Below are positions 1 to 9,328 of a DNA stretch of 64,000 bases, piece after piece (position 1 is the stretch's first letter; each line of letters opens with the position of its first letter). The DNA is from an uncultured Anaerolineales bacterium (GTDB lineage Bacteria > Chloroflexota > Anaerolineae > Anaerolineales > UBA11858). A program made the translations under genes and the position numbers. Below the pieces are notes generated by a model. The model saw nothing but the letters and a program-made list of their open reading frames with translations. It ran no database searches and was not told the DNA's origin. The stretch covers positions 486 through 64,485 of the forward strand of contig CAYQQX010000006.1 in the NCBI GenBank assembly GCA_964419495.1, written 5' to 3'.

Positions 1-785
1 GCAAACCAGCGATGGACAAAACCAACCGTTTTAGGCAGGACCAGCAAATTGATCGCTTTGTCAAATAGCCCGGGAGGCACCAGGGCCCCGAACATCAATG
101 GCCAGGTGGTGGATAGATATCCGGCCTTCAATCCGGCGGTAAACCCGCCGTAAGTGATTTGGAGCAACAATACTCCCATTCCAATAGCAGCCAGCTTCGA
201 GAGCCAAGACCACTTCTTTTGGCGCGCGCCCTCCAAAAATCCAAAGCGATGCCCCAGCGCCACCCACAGGCTAAGAGCTAGCAGCAGTAGTGCCAGCAGC
301 AGATGGGCGGTCAAGCGGAAATGACTGACCGAGGGACGATCGACCAATCCGCTGGCCACCATGAGCCAACCCATGAAAGCCTGCCCGATGAAGAGCAAAC
401 CCATTACAACGTAGATCCCAAACTCCTTGTGAGGGATAGCTCCATTGAACAAGAAATAAAATACAGGGATAGCATAGGCCAAACCGGCCAGGCGAGCGAT
501 CAAACGGTGGAGCCATTCGATGAAGAAGATATTCTTGAATCCTTCCAGGGACATGCCGTAGTTGATCTTCTGGAATTCAGGGGATTCCTGGTATTTTGCG
601 AACTCTTCCTCCCAGGCTTGTTCGCCTATGGGTGGCAGCACACCGGTGATCGGGTCCCACTCCACAATGGACAATCCCGAGCGCGTCAAGCGCACGAACC
701 CCCCAAATACAACCAGAAATCCAACAATGAAGGCGAAGATGAACAACCAGATCATAACAGCACGATTTTGGGTTTTGGGTATCAT
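1..785 (-). CDS. ctaA: heme A synthase (COX15/CtaA family), N-terminal part; ORF runs off the left edge
   Basis: Own minus-strand translation from ATG 785-783: MIPKTQNRAVMIWLFIFAFIVGFLVVFGGFVRLTRSGLSIVEWDPITGVLPPIGEQAWEEEFAKYQESPEFQKINYGMSLEGFKNIFFIEWLHRLIARL... It stays open to nt 1 and is multi-TM. RLTxSGLS..EW and EWxHR motifs are typical of COX15/CtaA. It is absent from the ORF track because there is no stop in the window. Confidence 0.8.
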   Translation of the reverse strand, partial: MIPKTQNRAVMIWLFIFAFIVGFLVVFGGFVRLTRSGLSIVEWDPITGVLPPIGEQAWEEEFAKYQESPEFQKINYGMSLEGFKNIFFIEWLHRLIARLAGLAYAIPVFYFLFNGAIPHKEFGIYVVMGLLFIGQAFMGWLMVASGLVDRPSVSHFRLTAHLLLALLLLALSLWVALGHRFGFLEGARQKKWSWLSKLAAIGMGVLLLQITYGGFTAGLKAGYLSTTWPLMFGALVPPGLFDKAINLLVLPKTVGFVHRWF

Positions 786-926
786 TTGAAAACTCCAGTT
801 CAATAGTTTTCCACCGCTGGGAATAGAGCATATTCTATCATTGTGGACATTTGTTTGATGGCGAGCAAAAGAATAACGAAGTAGTGATAATATAGCATTA
901 ATGCGCTAAAATTATTCGAGCAAAAA

Positions 927-1394
927 TTGGATCTTATATACCGCATGCATGATATGAAAAATATTCCACACATCACAATTTACACCGACGGCGCCTGCTC
1001 TGGCAACCCAGGTCCTGGTGGTTGGGCTGCCTTATTAAAATTTGGCACGCATGAGAAAGAGCTATCTGGCTCTGAACTGGAGACCACAAATAACCGCATG
1101 GAACTGACTGCCGCTTACGAAGCTTTGAAAGCCTTGAAAGAACCTTGTCAAATTGATTTCTATACTGACTCAGAATATCTTAAAAGAGGTATTAACGAGT
1201 GGATGGCGAACTGGAAGCGTAAAGGCTGGAAGACCGCTGCAAAGAAACCGGTAAAGAATCAAGATCTTTGGAAGGCTTTGGATGAGGTTGTTCAAAAACA
1301 TCAAGTTACCTGGCATTGGGTTCGTGGACATGCTGGTAACCGTTATAATGAGCGAGTAGATAAGCTTGCAAGACAGGCAATACTCAATTCGTAG
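927..1394 (+). CDS. rnhA: ribonuclease HI
   Basis: [22 protein letters not shown]...[11 protein letters not shown]...TDSEYL...[18 protein letters not shown]...[17 protein letters not shown] matches E. coli RNase HI along its length. The true start may be an ATG at 945 or 954 rather than the TTG at 927. Confidence 0.93.
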   Translation: MDLIYRMHDMKNIPHITIYTDGACSGNPGPGGWAALLKFGTHEKELSGSELETTNNRMELTAAYEALKALKEPCQIDFYTDSEYLKRGINEWMANWKRKGWKTAAKKPVKNQDLWKALDEVVQKHQVTWHWVRGHAGNRYNERVDKLARQAILNS

Positions 1395-1408
1395 AAATTA
1401 CAAGAAAA

Positions 1409-1440
1409 GGCCCCGATGTTGCAACATCAGGGCCTTTTTT
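1409..1440 (+). terminator. intrinsic terminator after rnhA (possibly bidirectional, faces tRNA-Cys)
   Basis: GGCCCCGATG-TTGCAA-CATCAGGGCC stem (one mismatch) followed by TTTTTT. Confidence 0.7.
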
Positions 1441-1445
1441 GACAG

Positions 1446-1516
<71 letters not shown>

Positions 1517-1524
1517 AAAAAAAT

Positions 1525-1584
1525 GCTGATTGTTGACTGGAGATTATTGATTTTTATATCTACAATCTTCAATCTTCAATCAGC
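1525..1584 (-). other. long imperfect hairpin in the tRNA-Gly/tRNA-Cys spacer
   Basis: The arm gctgattgttgactggagattattgat pairs with atctacaatcttcaatcttcaatcagc (21 of 27 positions) around a ttttat loop. The right arm contains the tandem caatcttcaatcttcaatc. Confidence 0.6.
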
Positions 1585-1593
1585 AGTTTCTAG

Positions 1594-1665
1594 AGCGGGC
1601 GATGGGATTCGAACCCATGGCCTTCTCCTTGGCAAGGAGACGTTATACCACTTAACTACGCCCGC
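1594..1665 (-). tRNA. tRNA-Gly: tRNA-Gly (GCC)
   Basis: Minus strand reads GCGGGCGTAGTTAAGTGGTATAACGTCTCCTTGCCAAGGAGAAGGCCATGGGTTCGAATCCCATCGCCCGCT. The anticodon loop is TTGCCAA. Confidence 0.92.
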
Positions 1666-1693
1666 GAAATTCGGCCTTTTTTGAGACCGAGAG

Positions 1694-1766
1694 TGCCGAG
1701 AGCCAGAATCGAACTGGCGACACCACAATTTTCAGTCGTGTGCTCTACCAACTGAGCTATCTCGGC
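1694..1766 (-). tRNA. tRNA-Phe: tRNA-Phe (GAA)
   Basis: Minus strand reads GCCGAGATAGCTCAGTTGGTAGAGCACACGACTGAAAATTGTGGTGTCGCCAGTTCGATTCTGGCTCTCGGCA. The anticodon loop is CTGAAAA. Confidence 0.92.
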
Positions 1767-1797
1767 CTGAAAACACGTTTTCTCAAACGCAGGCAAG

Positions 1798-1826
1798 ATT
1801 TTACACGCGTCACTTTGGATTGTCAA
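1798..1826 (-). promoter_or_regulatory. candidate sigma70-type promoter for the tRNA-Phe/Gly/Cys cluster
   Basis: Minus strand reads TTGACA-17 nt-TAAAAT. The -10 ends about 30 nt upstream of tRNA-Phe. Confidence 0.55.
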
Positions 1827-1886
1827 GCGATGTGCGCGAAAAACCAGGTCATGTTTCTTCCTGATAAGACTATTATCACGGGCAAG

Positions 1887-1915
1887 TTGACGTTATCTCC
1901 AGGCCGTGCTATTAT
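1887..1915 (+). promoter_or_regulatory. candidate promoter upstream of the yacL-like gene
   Basis: TTGACG-17 nt-TATTAT. This would give a 5' UTR of about 200 nt. Confidence 0.45.
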
Positions 1916-2125
1916 CCAATCACGGCAATTAATGTGCTGCAGCCTGAAATATAGGATTTGAAACCGCATAGAATCGAGACGTTTGTCTCAAATCATATTG
2001 CAATTATTTATTTTCATTATTTGGGTTTCAGTCCTTTATCTTAGGGCCGAATCCCCTTTGTGGGGAGAAGAGCGCAGATTGTCATGCGCTCTATTTTTAT
2101 ACCTGGATTTATAGGAGCTAATATT

Positions 2126-3187
2126 ATGAGTTCTGATTTTGTTGCCCGTATTGTAGGCATGGTAGTGTTTGGCGTATTTGCCGGCTATCTTGGGGGAACC
2201 TGGGGGGAGTCTGTTTTCCCGGACCCAACCATTGTGTATTCGGTAGTTTTAACCTTGTCTGGTGTTTTGGTGGGATTAATTCTGACACCTTATCTCACCA
2301 CACGCCCAATGCGCACAATGCGTTCATTGTTGGGGCGGGTAGATGCGCAAACATTGGTGGCAGGTTTGGTTGGATTGATCGTTGGATTGGTTATAGCTGC
2401 ACTTCTGGCTTTTCCATTATCATTGTTGCCCGCACCCTTAGGGGAAATCTTGCCCTTCATTGGGGTATTGATAGTTAGCTATTTTGGGGTAGCTGTTTTC
2501 GTCATGCGCCAAAATGATATTTTTTCCATTTTCCGAGATCGATTGCCTCGCAGGAAAAGCGTGGATGGTTCTGATGATGATCTCACTGGCCGAAAAATAT
2601 TAGTGGATACCAGCGTTATCATTGATGGCCGCATCGCTGATATCGCGCGGACAGGTTTTCTCTCGGGCTCCCTGCTGATCCCGCGTTTCGTTCTCAATGA
2701 ACTCCAATACATTGCTGATTCTGCTGATGGATTACGTCGCCAGCGCGGCCGCCGTGGTATGGAAGTATTAGCTCAACTGCAAGATGAACCCGGTGTCCCC
2801 GTTCAAATCAGTGATATCGATGTCGAAGGGACTCGCGAAGTTGATGATAAATTGGTTATCCTGGCTCGACAACTCAAATCACCAGTACTGACCAATGATT
2901 ACAATCTCAACCGAATAGCTGAGTTACAGGGTGTTCCCGTTCTAAATATTAATGAACTGGCCAACTCGGTGAAGGCTGTCTTACTTCCTGGGGAACTTAT
3001 CAAAGTTGATATCATTCAAGAAGGCAAGGAAAGCGGCCAGGGGGTTGGTTATCTCGATGACGGAACCATGGTTGTAGTTGAGGATGGCGTTGAACATCTC
3101 AGCAAAGAAATCTATGTCACTGTGACCAAGGTTTTGCAAACAGCTGCAGGTCGTATGATTTTCGCAAGGCCGGAGGATAGATCCTGA
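2126..3187 (+). CDS. PIN/TRAM-domain membrane protein (YacL family)
   Basis: N-terminal TM helices are followed by a PIN domain ([16 protein letters not shown]...[15 protein letters not shown]...[20 protein letters not shown]) and a C-terminal TRAM-like beta domain. ATG 2126 is preceded by GGAG. The ORF is open from 2060. Confidence 0.85.
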   Translation: MSSDFVARIVGMVVFGVFAGYLGGTWGESVFPDPTIVYSVVLTLSGVLVGLILTPYLTTRPMRTMRSLLGRVDAQTLVAGLVGLIVGLVIAALLAFPLSLLPAPLGEILPFIGVLIVSYFGVAVFVMRQNDIFSIFRDRLPRRKSVDGSDDDLTGRKILVDTSVIIDGRIADIARTGFLSGSLLIPRFVLNELQYIADSADGLRRQRGRRGMEVLAQLQDEPGVPVQISDIDVEGTREVDDKLVILARQLKSPVLTNDYNLNRIAELQGVPVLNINELANSVKAVLLPGELIKVDIIQEGKESGQGVGYLDDGTMVVVEDGVEHLSKEIYVTVTKVLQTAAGRMIFARPEDRS

Positions 3188-4578
3188 TGACGATAAAAAT
3201 CTACAACACTCTCTCTAGAAAAAAAGAAGAATTTGAAACCTTAGAACCTCATAAGGCCTCCATGTATGTCTGTGGCCCTACTGTTTATGATAAGGCGCAT
3301 GTTGGCCATGCTATGTCGGTTTTGGTGTTCGATATTATCCGTCGTTACTTGGAATACCGTGGCTACGAAGTCACGCACGCAATGAATTACACAGACGTAG
3401 ACGACAAGATCATCAACCGCGCCAATATCGAGAATATTGATCCTTTTGAATTAGCCGAAAGATATATACAAGAATTTCGAGAGCATTTGGATGATCTAAA
3501 TGTTCTGCCGGCAACCATCTATCCACGCGCTACCGAAGAAATCGGCCATATTATTGAAATGGTTCAAGGCTTGATCGAGAAAGGTAACGCCTATGAGTCT
3601 GAAGGTGACGTTTATTTCTTCGTCAGCAGTGATGATGATTATGGAAAACTCTCAGGCCGAAAATTGGAAGATATGCAATCAGGTTTCCGCATTGATGTGG
3701 ATGATCGTAAAGAAACCCCTATGGATTTCGCTTTGTGGAAATCTTCTAAGTCCGGCGAACCTGCCTGGGATAGCCCTTGGGGACAAGGTCGCCCCGGCTG
3801 GCATATCGAATGCTCTGCGATGAGTTATTACCATCTCGGCGAGCAGATTGATATTCATGGGGGTGGGAATGATCTTGTTTTCCCGCATCATGAGAATGAA
3901 ATCGCCCAGACCGAGAGCCTGACTGGCAAGCCCTTTGCCCGTTATTGGGTTCACAATGGTATGCTTCAATTAGCTGGCGAGAAGATGTCCAAATCGCTGG
4001 GTAATTTGGTGACCGTTGAAGATTTCCTTGAAGATAACGACGCTGATGTGCTGCGCATGTTGGTGCTTAACTCCAGCTACCGCAGCCCGCTGAAATTCAG
4101 TGATGAAACCGTAGGGCACGCCAAGAAAGCCATCGAGCGTTTGCGCTCTGCCCTGCGCCCCGCAGCTCAAGGAGCCACAGGCGAGATGCCTGAATCGCTG
4201 GAAGCGCAAATTGCAGCCACACGCCAGGGGTTCGAAGAATCCATGGCTGATGACTTCAATACCGCAGGCGCCTTGGGGTATCTCTTTGAACTGGTGCGTG
4301 CCATCAATCACGCGCGGGATAAGGGTGCTGGTCCCGAAGCTTTGGCTGAGGCCCAGAATCTGATTCTGGAGTTTACGGGCATCATGGGCTTGACGTTGGA
4401 GCACGTAGTGACCAGTGCTGGTGAGGCCGCCCCATTTGTGGACCTGCTCATTGAGGTGCGCACCGAATTACGCAACCAAAAGCTTTGGGCACTCACCGAT
4501 AAGATCCGTGACACCCTGGCCGAACTGGGCGTCGTGATCGAAGATGGCAAGGACGGCACCACCTGGAGATGGAGTTAG
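3187..4578 (+). CDS. cysS: cysteine--tRNA ligase
   Basis: Class I signatures HVGH and KMSKS are present, together with CGPTVYD and GWHIECSAM motifs. Length is 463 aa. Confidence 0.96.
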   Translation: MTIKIYNTLSRKKEEFETLEPHKASMYVCGPTVYDKAHVGHAMSVLVFDIIRRYLEYRGYEVTHAMNYTDVDDKIINRANIENIDPFELAERYIQEFREHLDDLNVLPATIYPRATEEIGHIIEMVQGLIEKGNAYESEGDVYFFVSSDDDYGKLSGRKLEDMQSGFRIDVDDRKETPMDFALWKSSKSGEPAWDSPWGQGRPGWHIECSAMSYYHLGEQIDIHGGGNDLVFPHHENEIAQTESLTGKPFARYWVHNGMLQLAGEKMSKSLGNLVTVEDFLEDNDADVLRMLVLNSSYRSPLKFSDETVGHAKKAIERLRSALRPAAQGATGEMPESLEAQIAATRQGFEESMADDFNTAGALGYLFELVRAINHARDKGAGPEALAEAQNLILEFTGIMGLTLEHVVTSAGEAAPFVDLLIEVRTELRNQKLWALTDKIRDTLAELGVVIEDGKDGTTWRWS

Positions 4579-4585
4579 TTTGAAT

Positions 4586-4630
4586 GTTGGTTAGTTTATT
4601 AGTCAGTTGATAACCAACTAACTAACCAAC
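4586..4630 (+). other. GT-arm/AC-arm hairpin between cysS and rlmB
   Basis: gttggttag (4586-4594) pairs perfectly with ctaaccaac (4622-4630). An inner stem agttg/caact is also present. No U-tract follows. Confidence 0.55.
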
Positions 4631-4651
4631 CAATCACGAACCAACTATACA

Positions 4652-5392
4652 ATGAAAGAATGGATCGTTGGTCGTAATCCGGTATACGAAGTACTCAGAG
4701 CGGAACGTCGTAAGGTGTTCCGCCTTTGGGTTGCGCAAAAATCCGATCAGAAGCGTCATTTAGCTGATGCGATGAATTTGGCTGCCAAGCGAGGCATACC
4801 AGTGGAGTTTGTGTCCCGTCAGCAAATGGACTCGCGTTGGGAGAACCATCAAGGTGTGGGGTTGGAAGTAGGCGAGTATCCTTACAGCGCAATATTTGAT
4901 ATCCTGGATCGAGCTGAGCAGCGAGGTGAGCAGCCTTTCCTTTTAATACTTGATACCGTCCAAGATCCCCATAACCTGGGTGCACTATTGCGTACGGCCG
5001 AAGTTGTTGGAGTACATGGGGTGCTGCTTCCCTTACGGCGCACGGCCACCGTAACCCCAGCGGTAGTTAGTACCTCCTCAGGAGCAAGTGAACACCTCCT
5101 AGTAGCACAGACCAACCTCGCCCGAGCCATCGAAGATTTGAAAAAAGAGGGGGTGTGGGTGTATGGATTGGAGGGAGCCGCAGAATCCCAATCCTTCCCC
5201 GATGTAAATCTCAGCGGACCGCTTGCATTAGTTGTGGGCAACGAGGCTAAAGGGATGCGTTCCCTTGTGCGAGATTCATGTGATGTATTACTACGGTTGC
5301 CCATGCGCGGCAAAGTTGATTCCTTAAACGCTGCTGTGGCTGGATCTATTGCCTTGTATTTTGCTTGGAATGCTCGCGGGTTTTCTGAGTAA
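4652..5392 (+). CDS. rlmB: 23S rRNA (guanosine-2'-O)-methyltransferase, SpoU/TrmH family
   Basis: LILDTVQDPHNLGALLRTAE, LVVGNEAKGMR and IPMRGKVDSLNAAVAGSIALY are the three SPOUT motifs. The N-terminal substrate-binding domain is present. Confidence 0.9.
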   Translation: MKEWIVGRNPVYEVLRAERRKVFRLWVAQKSDQKRHLADAMNLAAKRGIPVEFVSRQQMDSRWENHQGVGLEVGEYPYSAIFDILDRAEQRGEQPFLLILDTVQDPHNLGALLRTAEVVGVHGVLLPLRRTATVTPAVVSTSSGASEHLLVAQTNLARAIEDLKKEGVWVYGLEGAAESQSFPDVNLSGPLALVVGNEAKGMRSLVRDSCDVLLRLPMRGKVDSLNAAVAGSIALYFAWNARGFSE

Positions 5393-5463
5393 ACTATTGA
5401 CGGGGAATTTGAATCCTGATAGACTCCTGCCCCGTTGGCACTCCCCCGAAGCGAGTGTTAACC

Positions 5464-5492
5464 TTGCTCGTGAGGAATCACTCTGGTATAAT
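5464..5492 (+). promoter_or_regulatory. candidate strong promoter of the tRNA-tuf operon
   Basis: TTGCTC-17 nt-TGgTATAAT (extended -10), about 85 nt upstream of tRNA-Thr. Confidence 0.55.
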
Positions 5493-5578
5493 GCTCCCGC
5501 TCTTTTTGCGAAGCATTTAGAGTTTGGAACGTTTCAAAGATATTGCGCGAACAATTCGATGATATTTCGAAGAATTGC

Positions 5579-5650
5579 GCCGACGTAGCTCAACGGTAGA
5601 GCAGCCGCCTTGTAAGCGGCAGGTTATGGGTTCGATTCCCATCGTCGGCT
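5579..5650 (+). tRNA. tRNA-Thr: tRNA-Thr (UGU)
   Basis: GCCGACGTAGCTCAACGGTAGAGCAGCCGCCTTGTAAGCGGCAGGTTATGGGTTCGATTCCCATCGTCGGCT. The anticodon loop is CTTGTAA. Confidence 0.92.
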
Positions 5651-5718
5651 CCTGTTGATAGTTGGCGATCAATGCTTACGCAAGTGGCCTTGATCTCGAA
5701 CTGGCAACAGTCTCGTGC

Positions 5719-5801
5719 GGGCGGATACCCAAGTGGCCAAAGGGAGCTGACTGTAAATCAGTTGTCAAACGACTTCGGCGGTTCGAATCCGTCTCCGCCC
5801 A
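5719..5801 (+). tRNA. tRNA-Tyr: tRNA-Tyr (GUA), long variable arm
   Basis: GGGCGGATACCCAAGTGGCCAAAGGGAGCTGACTGTAAATCAGT...GGCGGTTCGAATCCGTCTCCGCCCA. The anticodon loop is CTGTAAA and the extra arm is 14 nt. Confidence 0.9.
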
Positions 5802-5862
5802 CCTGCACTCGCTGATCGGTACAGACCATGTGCTTATCAGCGGGTAGTTATGTAAGAGACTA

Positions 5863-5935
<73 letters not shown>

Positions 5936-5993
5936 CTTCTCAAAGTTTTGTAAGAACCGTAAGGTTGAATTTATTATCGAGGAGATAGTAAAC

Positions 5994-7196
5994 ATGGCAA
6001 AGGAAACATTTGTAAGAGACAAACCGCACTTGAATGTTGGCACCATGGGGCACATTGACCATGGTAAGACGACGTTGACTGCGGCGATCACGAAGTACTG
6101 TGCGCTGGCAGGGCAGGCTGAATTTCGTGCCTTTGACACGATCGACAATGCCCCCGAAGAGCGCGAACGTGGTATCACGATCAATATTGCGCACGTGGAA
6201 TACGAGACGGAGAATCGTCACTACGCCCACGTGGACATGCCTGGACACCGTGACTACATCAAGAACATGATCACGGGTGCAGCGCAGGTTGATGGAGCGA
6301 TCTTGGTAGTGGCAGCTCCCGATGGAGCGATGCCGCAGACGAGAGAGCACGTGTTGTTGGCTCGCCAGGTGGAAGTGCCCAGCATCGTTGTGTACCTGAA
6401 CAAGGTCGACATGATGGACGATCCTGAGCTGTTGGAACTGGTGGAGCTGGAACTGCGCGAGTTGCTGGACGAGTACGGCTTCCCTGGGGATGAGATTCCC
6501 ATTGTGAAGGGCAGTGCCTTAGCGGCCTTGGAGAGCGACAGCATGGATGCGAATGCTGAAGAGTATGAGAGCATCAAAGAACTCTTGCGAGTGGTGGATG
6601 AGTACATCCCCGAGCCTGAGCGCGAGCTGGACAAGCCGTTCATGATGCCGGTTGAGGATGTGTTCTCGATCAAGGGTCGCGGCACAGTTGTGACCGGTCG
6701 TATCGAGCGCGGTGTGGTGAAGGTTGGCGAGGCTGCGGATATCGTTGGATTGCAGGATGAGATCGGCGCCACGACCATCACCGGTGTGGAGATGTTCCAC
6801 AAGCTGTTGGATCAGGGTCAGGCAGGAGACAACGTTGGGTTGCTGCTGCGAGGCGTTGACCGAGACGACGTAGAGCGAGGCATGGTGATTGCCAAGAAAG
6901 GCAGCATCGAGCCGCACACAAAGTTCAATGCACAGGTATATGTGTTGAAAGCTGATGAAGGTGGACGACACAAGCCGTTCTTCCCTGGGTATCGACCGCA
7001 GTTCTACATCAAGACGATTGATGTGACGGGTGCGATCGAGCTGCCTGAGGGCGTAGAGATGGTCATGCCTGGAGACGATGTGAACATGGTAGTTGAATTG
7101 ATAGTGCCGGTAGCTTTGGAGCAGGGACAGAACTTCGCCATCCGCGAAGGCGGCCTGACCGTTGGTGCTGGTGTTGTCACCAAAATCATTGAGTAG
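5994..7196 (+). CDS. tuf: elongation factor Tu
   Basis: [18 protein letters not shown] and NKVD G-domain motifs. Full-length 400 aa. Confidence 0.98.
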   Translation: MAKETFVRDKPHLNVGTMGHIDHGKTTLTAAITKYCALAGQAEFRAFDTIDNAPEERERGITINIAHVEYETENRHYAHVDMPGHRDYIKNMITGAAQVDGAILVVAAPDGAMPQTREHVLLARQVEVPSIVVYLNKVDMMDDPELLELVELELRELLDEYGFPGDEIPIVKGSALAALESDSMDANAEEYESIKELLRVVDEYIPEPERELDKPFMMPVEDVFSIKGRGTVVTGRIERGVVKVGEAADIVGLQDEIGATTITGVEMFHKLLDQGQAGDNVGLLLRGVDRDDVERGMVIAKKGSIEPHTKFNAQVYVLKADEGGRHKPFFPGYRPQFYIKTIDVTGAIELPEGVEMVMPGDDVNMVVELIVPVALEQGQNFAIREGGLTVGAGVVTKIIE

Positions 7197-7203
7197 GTAA
7201 ATA

Positions 7204-7371
7204 ATGGCTGGTAAGAAAGGTATTCGTCACGTTGTGACTATGTCTTGCACCGAGTGCAAGGAAAGAAATTACCTGACGGAGAAAAATCGCCGTAATGACT
7301 CCGGTAGGCTGGAGTTAAACAAATTCTGTCGGCGCTGTCGCAAGCATACGTTGCACCGCGAGGTGAGGTAG
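7204..7371 (+). CDS. rpmG: 50S ribosomal protein L33
   Basis: Own translation: [55 protein letters not shown]. It has a CxxC...CxxC zinc ribbon and sits in the canonical position before secE. At 55 aa it falls below the ORF-track cutoff. Confidence 0.93.
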   Translation: MAGKKGIRHVVTMSCTECKERNYLTEKNRRNDSGRLELNKFCRRCRKHTLHREVR

Positions 7372-7443
7372 TAGTCTGATAGTCAAATGGTCTGGTAGTC
7401 AAATCACACACAATACGACTAACATCAAGTGACTATCAGACTA
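7372..7443 (+). other. long hairpin between rpmG and tRNA-Trp
   Basis: tagtctgatagtca (7372-7385) is perfectly complementary to tgactatcagacta (7430-7443). Internally there are 14-nt direct repeats tctgatagtcaaat and tctggtagtcaaat. Confidence 0.65.
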
Positions 7444-7447
7444 ATGA

Positions 7448-7526
<79 letters not shown>

Positions 7527-7533
7527 GAAATCA

Positions 7534-7576
7534 CGCCGTCCTCCGCCCTACTCAAGGGATTCGGAGGCGGCGTTTT
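7534..7576 (+). terminator. terminator-like hairpin after tRNA-Trp
   Basis: The CGCCGTCCTCCG...CGGAGGCGGCG stem is followed by TTTTC. Confidence 0.55.
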
Positions 7577-7647
7577 CGCCGAAAGTGCGAAGTTATTTCT
7601 GCCACCGATATTCGTTATATGGCGTGATATCGGAAAAGGAGATCTGA

Positions 7648-7857
7648 GTGGCCAAGAAAAAAACAACTCGCGGGAACGCGATCACACGATTTTATCGTGA
7701 GACGACTGGCGAACTTAAGAAAGTTACCTGGCCCACGCGCCAGGAAGCAATCAACTTGACCAAAATTGTACTCATTGTAATTGTTGGAATGAGCTTATTT
7801 CTTGGTGTGTTGGATTATCTGTTTGCCCAACTCTTTAGGTTGATCTTAGGTATATAG
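7648..7857 (+). CDS. secE: preprotein translocase subunit SecE
   Basis: FYRETTGELKKVTWPTRQEAINLTKIVLIVIV... has a single C-terminal TM helix. GTG start after GGAG. Canonical position before nusG. Confidence 0.9.
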   Translation: MAKKKTTRGNAITRFYRETTGELKKVTWPTRQEAINLTKIVLIVIVGMSLFLGVLDYLFAQLFRLILGI

Positions 7858-7904
7858 ACGTATACCCTAGATTGCCCTCCGCGGCATCTGGCTGTTAGGA
7901 AGTA

Positions 7905-8762
7905 GTGGCTATGTTCGAACAAGATCAGGAAAATAATCTGATAGAAGAGCCTGAAGAATCTCAAATCGTGGAAGAGGCAGATACGAGTGAAGTATCTGCT
8001 GACACTGAGGTTTTAAACGAAGTGGAGATTCCAGCCGAGATTGAAGACTCAACTGAGATTGAAGAGTCTACTGGTGACGAAGTAGAAGATGATATTGAGA
8101 AAGAAGTTGATCCTGAAAATTTAGTTGATGCTGATAGCGTGGCGGATGTCGATTCTGAACCCGCAATCGAAGCTGATACAGATCAGATGCCTGAAACTCA
8201 GGATGATGATGTTGCCAGCGATGCCTATGCAGAGATCGATGACAAAAACTGGTATGTTGTGCATTGCTACTCTGGATACGAGAACAAAGTTCATCACAAC
8301 CTGATGCAGCGCATCGAGTCCATGGGTATGCAGGACAAGATCTTCGATGTCGTAGTTCCTACTGAGGAAGAGATCGAGGTCAAAGAAGGTAAGCGCCGCA
8401 CAGTTGAGAGACGAGTCTTCCCCGGCTACATTCTAGTTAACATGTTGCTATCAGAAGAATCGTGGTATGTAGTTCGCAACACGCCCGGTGTGACGGGATT
8501 TGTCGGCATGGGCAATACGCCCATTCCTTTGCGCCCTGAAGAGGTCGCCCATATCGTCAAGCGTATGGAAGCTGATGCCCCGCGCATCAAGGTCACCTTC
8601 CGCTTGGATGAGCGTGTGCGTATCATTGAGGGCCCCTTCAAAGATTTCCATGGCACGGTCTCCGAACTGGACATGGAACGCGCAAAAGTACGCGTTATGG
8701 TGAATTTCTTCGGCCGGGAAACCCCGGTTGAATTGGATTTCTTACAAGTAGAAAAAATGTAA
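7905..8762 (+). CDS. nusG: transcription termination/antitermination factor NusG with an acidic N-terminal extension of about 110 aa
   Basis: The core runs from WYVVHCYSGYENKV (NGN domain) to the KOW motif (GPFKDFHGTVSELD). It is preceded by a D/E-rich low-complexity tract. The start could be GTG 7905 or ATG 7911. Confidence 0.9.
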   Translation: MAMFEQDQENNLIEEPEESQIVEEADTSEVSADTEVLNEVEIPAEIEDSTEIEESTGDEVEDDIEKEVDPENLVDADSVADVDSEPAIEADTDQMPETQDDDVASDAYAEIDDKNWYVVHCYSGYENKVHHNLMQRIESMGMQDKIFDVVVPTEEEIEVKEGKRRTVERRVFPGYILVNMLLSEESWYVVRNTPGVTGFVGMGNTPIPLRPEEVAHIVKRMEADAPRIKVTFRLDERVRIIEGPFKDFHGTVSELDMERAKVRVMVNFFGRETPVELDFLQVEKM

Positions 8763-8770
8763 TAACCCAC

Positions 8771-8822
8771 GTGGGAGGACTAACCAGTCCGCCAAGCGAA
8801 TTTAACAAAATTCGCCTACCAC
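8771..8822 (+). promoter_or_regulatory. candidate L1-binding mRNA leader (23S L1-stalk mimic) before rplK
   Basis: GUGGGAGG-hairpin GGAC/GUCC-hairpin GCGAAU/AUUCGC-CUACCAC, immediately 5' of the SD AAGGAG. It is paralogous to 9266..9315 with a compensatory stem change. Confidence 0.55.
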
Positions 8823-8834
8823 CAAGGAGAAAAA

Positions 8835-9260
8835 ATGACAAAGAAACTAAAAGCAATTGTAAAACTTCAAATAGAAGCCGGGAAAGCCAACCCCGCGCCC
8901 CCCATTGGGCCTGCGCTGGCTGCCCATGGTATCAACCTGATGCAGTTCTGCAAAGAGTATAACGCTCGAACCCAGAGCCGCATGGGAGATATCATTCCGG
9001 CTGAAATCAGCATCTTTTCAGATGGTTCTTTCAAGTTTATCTTAAAGAGCCCCCCAGCATCTGCCTTACTTAAGAAAGCCGCTGGCGTGGATAAAGGTTC
9101 CTCTGAGCCCAACCGAGAAAAGGTTGCCACAGTGACCCGCGACCAACTGCGCGAGATCGCTGAGATCAAAATGAAAGACTTGAATGCCATCGATATCGAA
9201 GGCGCCATGCGCCAAATCGCGGGCACAGCCCGAAATATGGGTTTCTTAATAGAAGACTAA
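8835..9260 (+). CDS. rplK: 50S ribosomal protein L11
   Basis: [35 protein letters not shown] matches the L11 N-terminal domain. Length is 141 aa. Confidence 0.97.
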   Translation: MTKKLKAIVKLQIEAGKANPAPPIGPALAAHGINLMQFCKEYNARTQSRMGDIIPAEISIFSDGSFKFILKSPPASALLKKAAGVDKGSSEPNREKVATVTRDQLREIAEIKMKDLNAIDIEGAMRQIAGTARNMGFLIED

Positions 9261-9265
9261 CTCTC

Positions 9266-9315
9266 GTGGGAGGGCAAACATGCCCGCTAGCGAATGACCT
9301 AAATTCGCCCACCAC
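9266..9315 (+). promoter_or_regulatory. second copy of the candidate L1-binding leader, before rplA
   Basis: GUGGGAGG-hairpin GGGC/GCCC-hairpin GCGAAU/AUUCGC-CCACCAC, followed by the SD AAGGAG. Confidence 0.55.
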
Positions 9316-9328
9316 CAAGGAGTAAATA

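Noticed and set aside
61-831. Listed ORFs 61..267(-), 271..516(-), 303..806(+), 562..789(+) and 577..831(-)
   Set aside because: All overlap the long open minus-strand frame encoding a clear COX15/CtaA heme A synthase (1..785). Their translations are low-complexity or charged nonsense.
8771-8962. 63-aa ORF starting at GTG 8771
   Set aside because: It covers the structured rplK leader and the out-of-frame start of rplK. There is no SD and the peptide is implausible.
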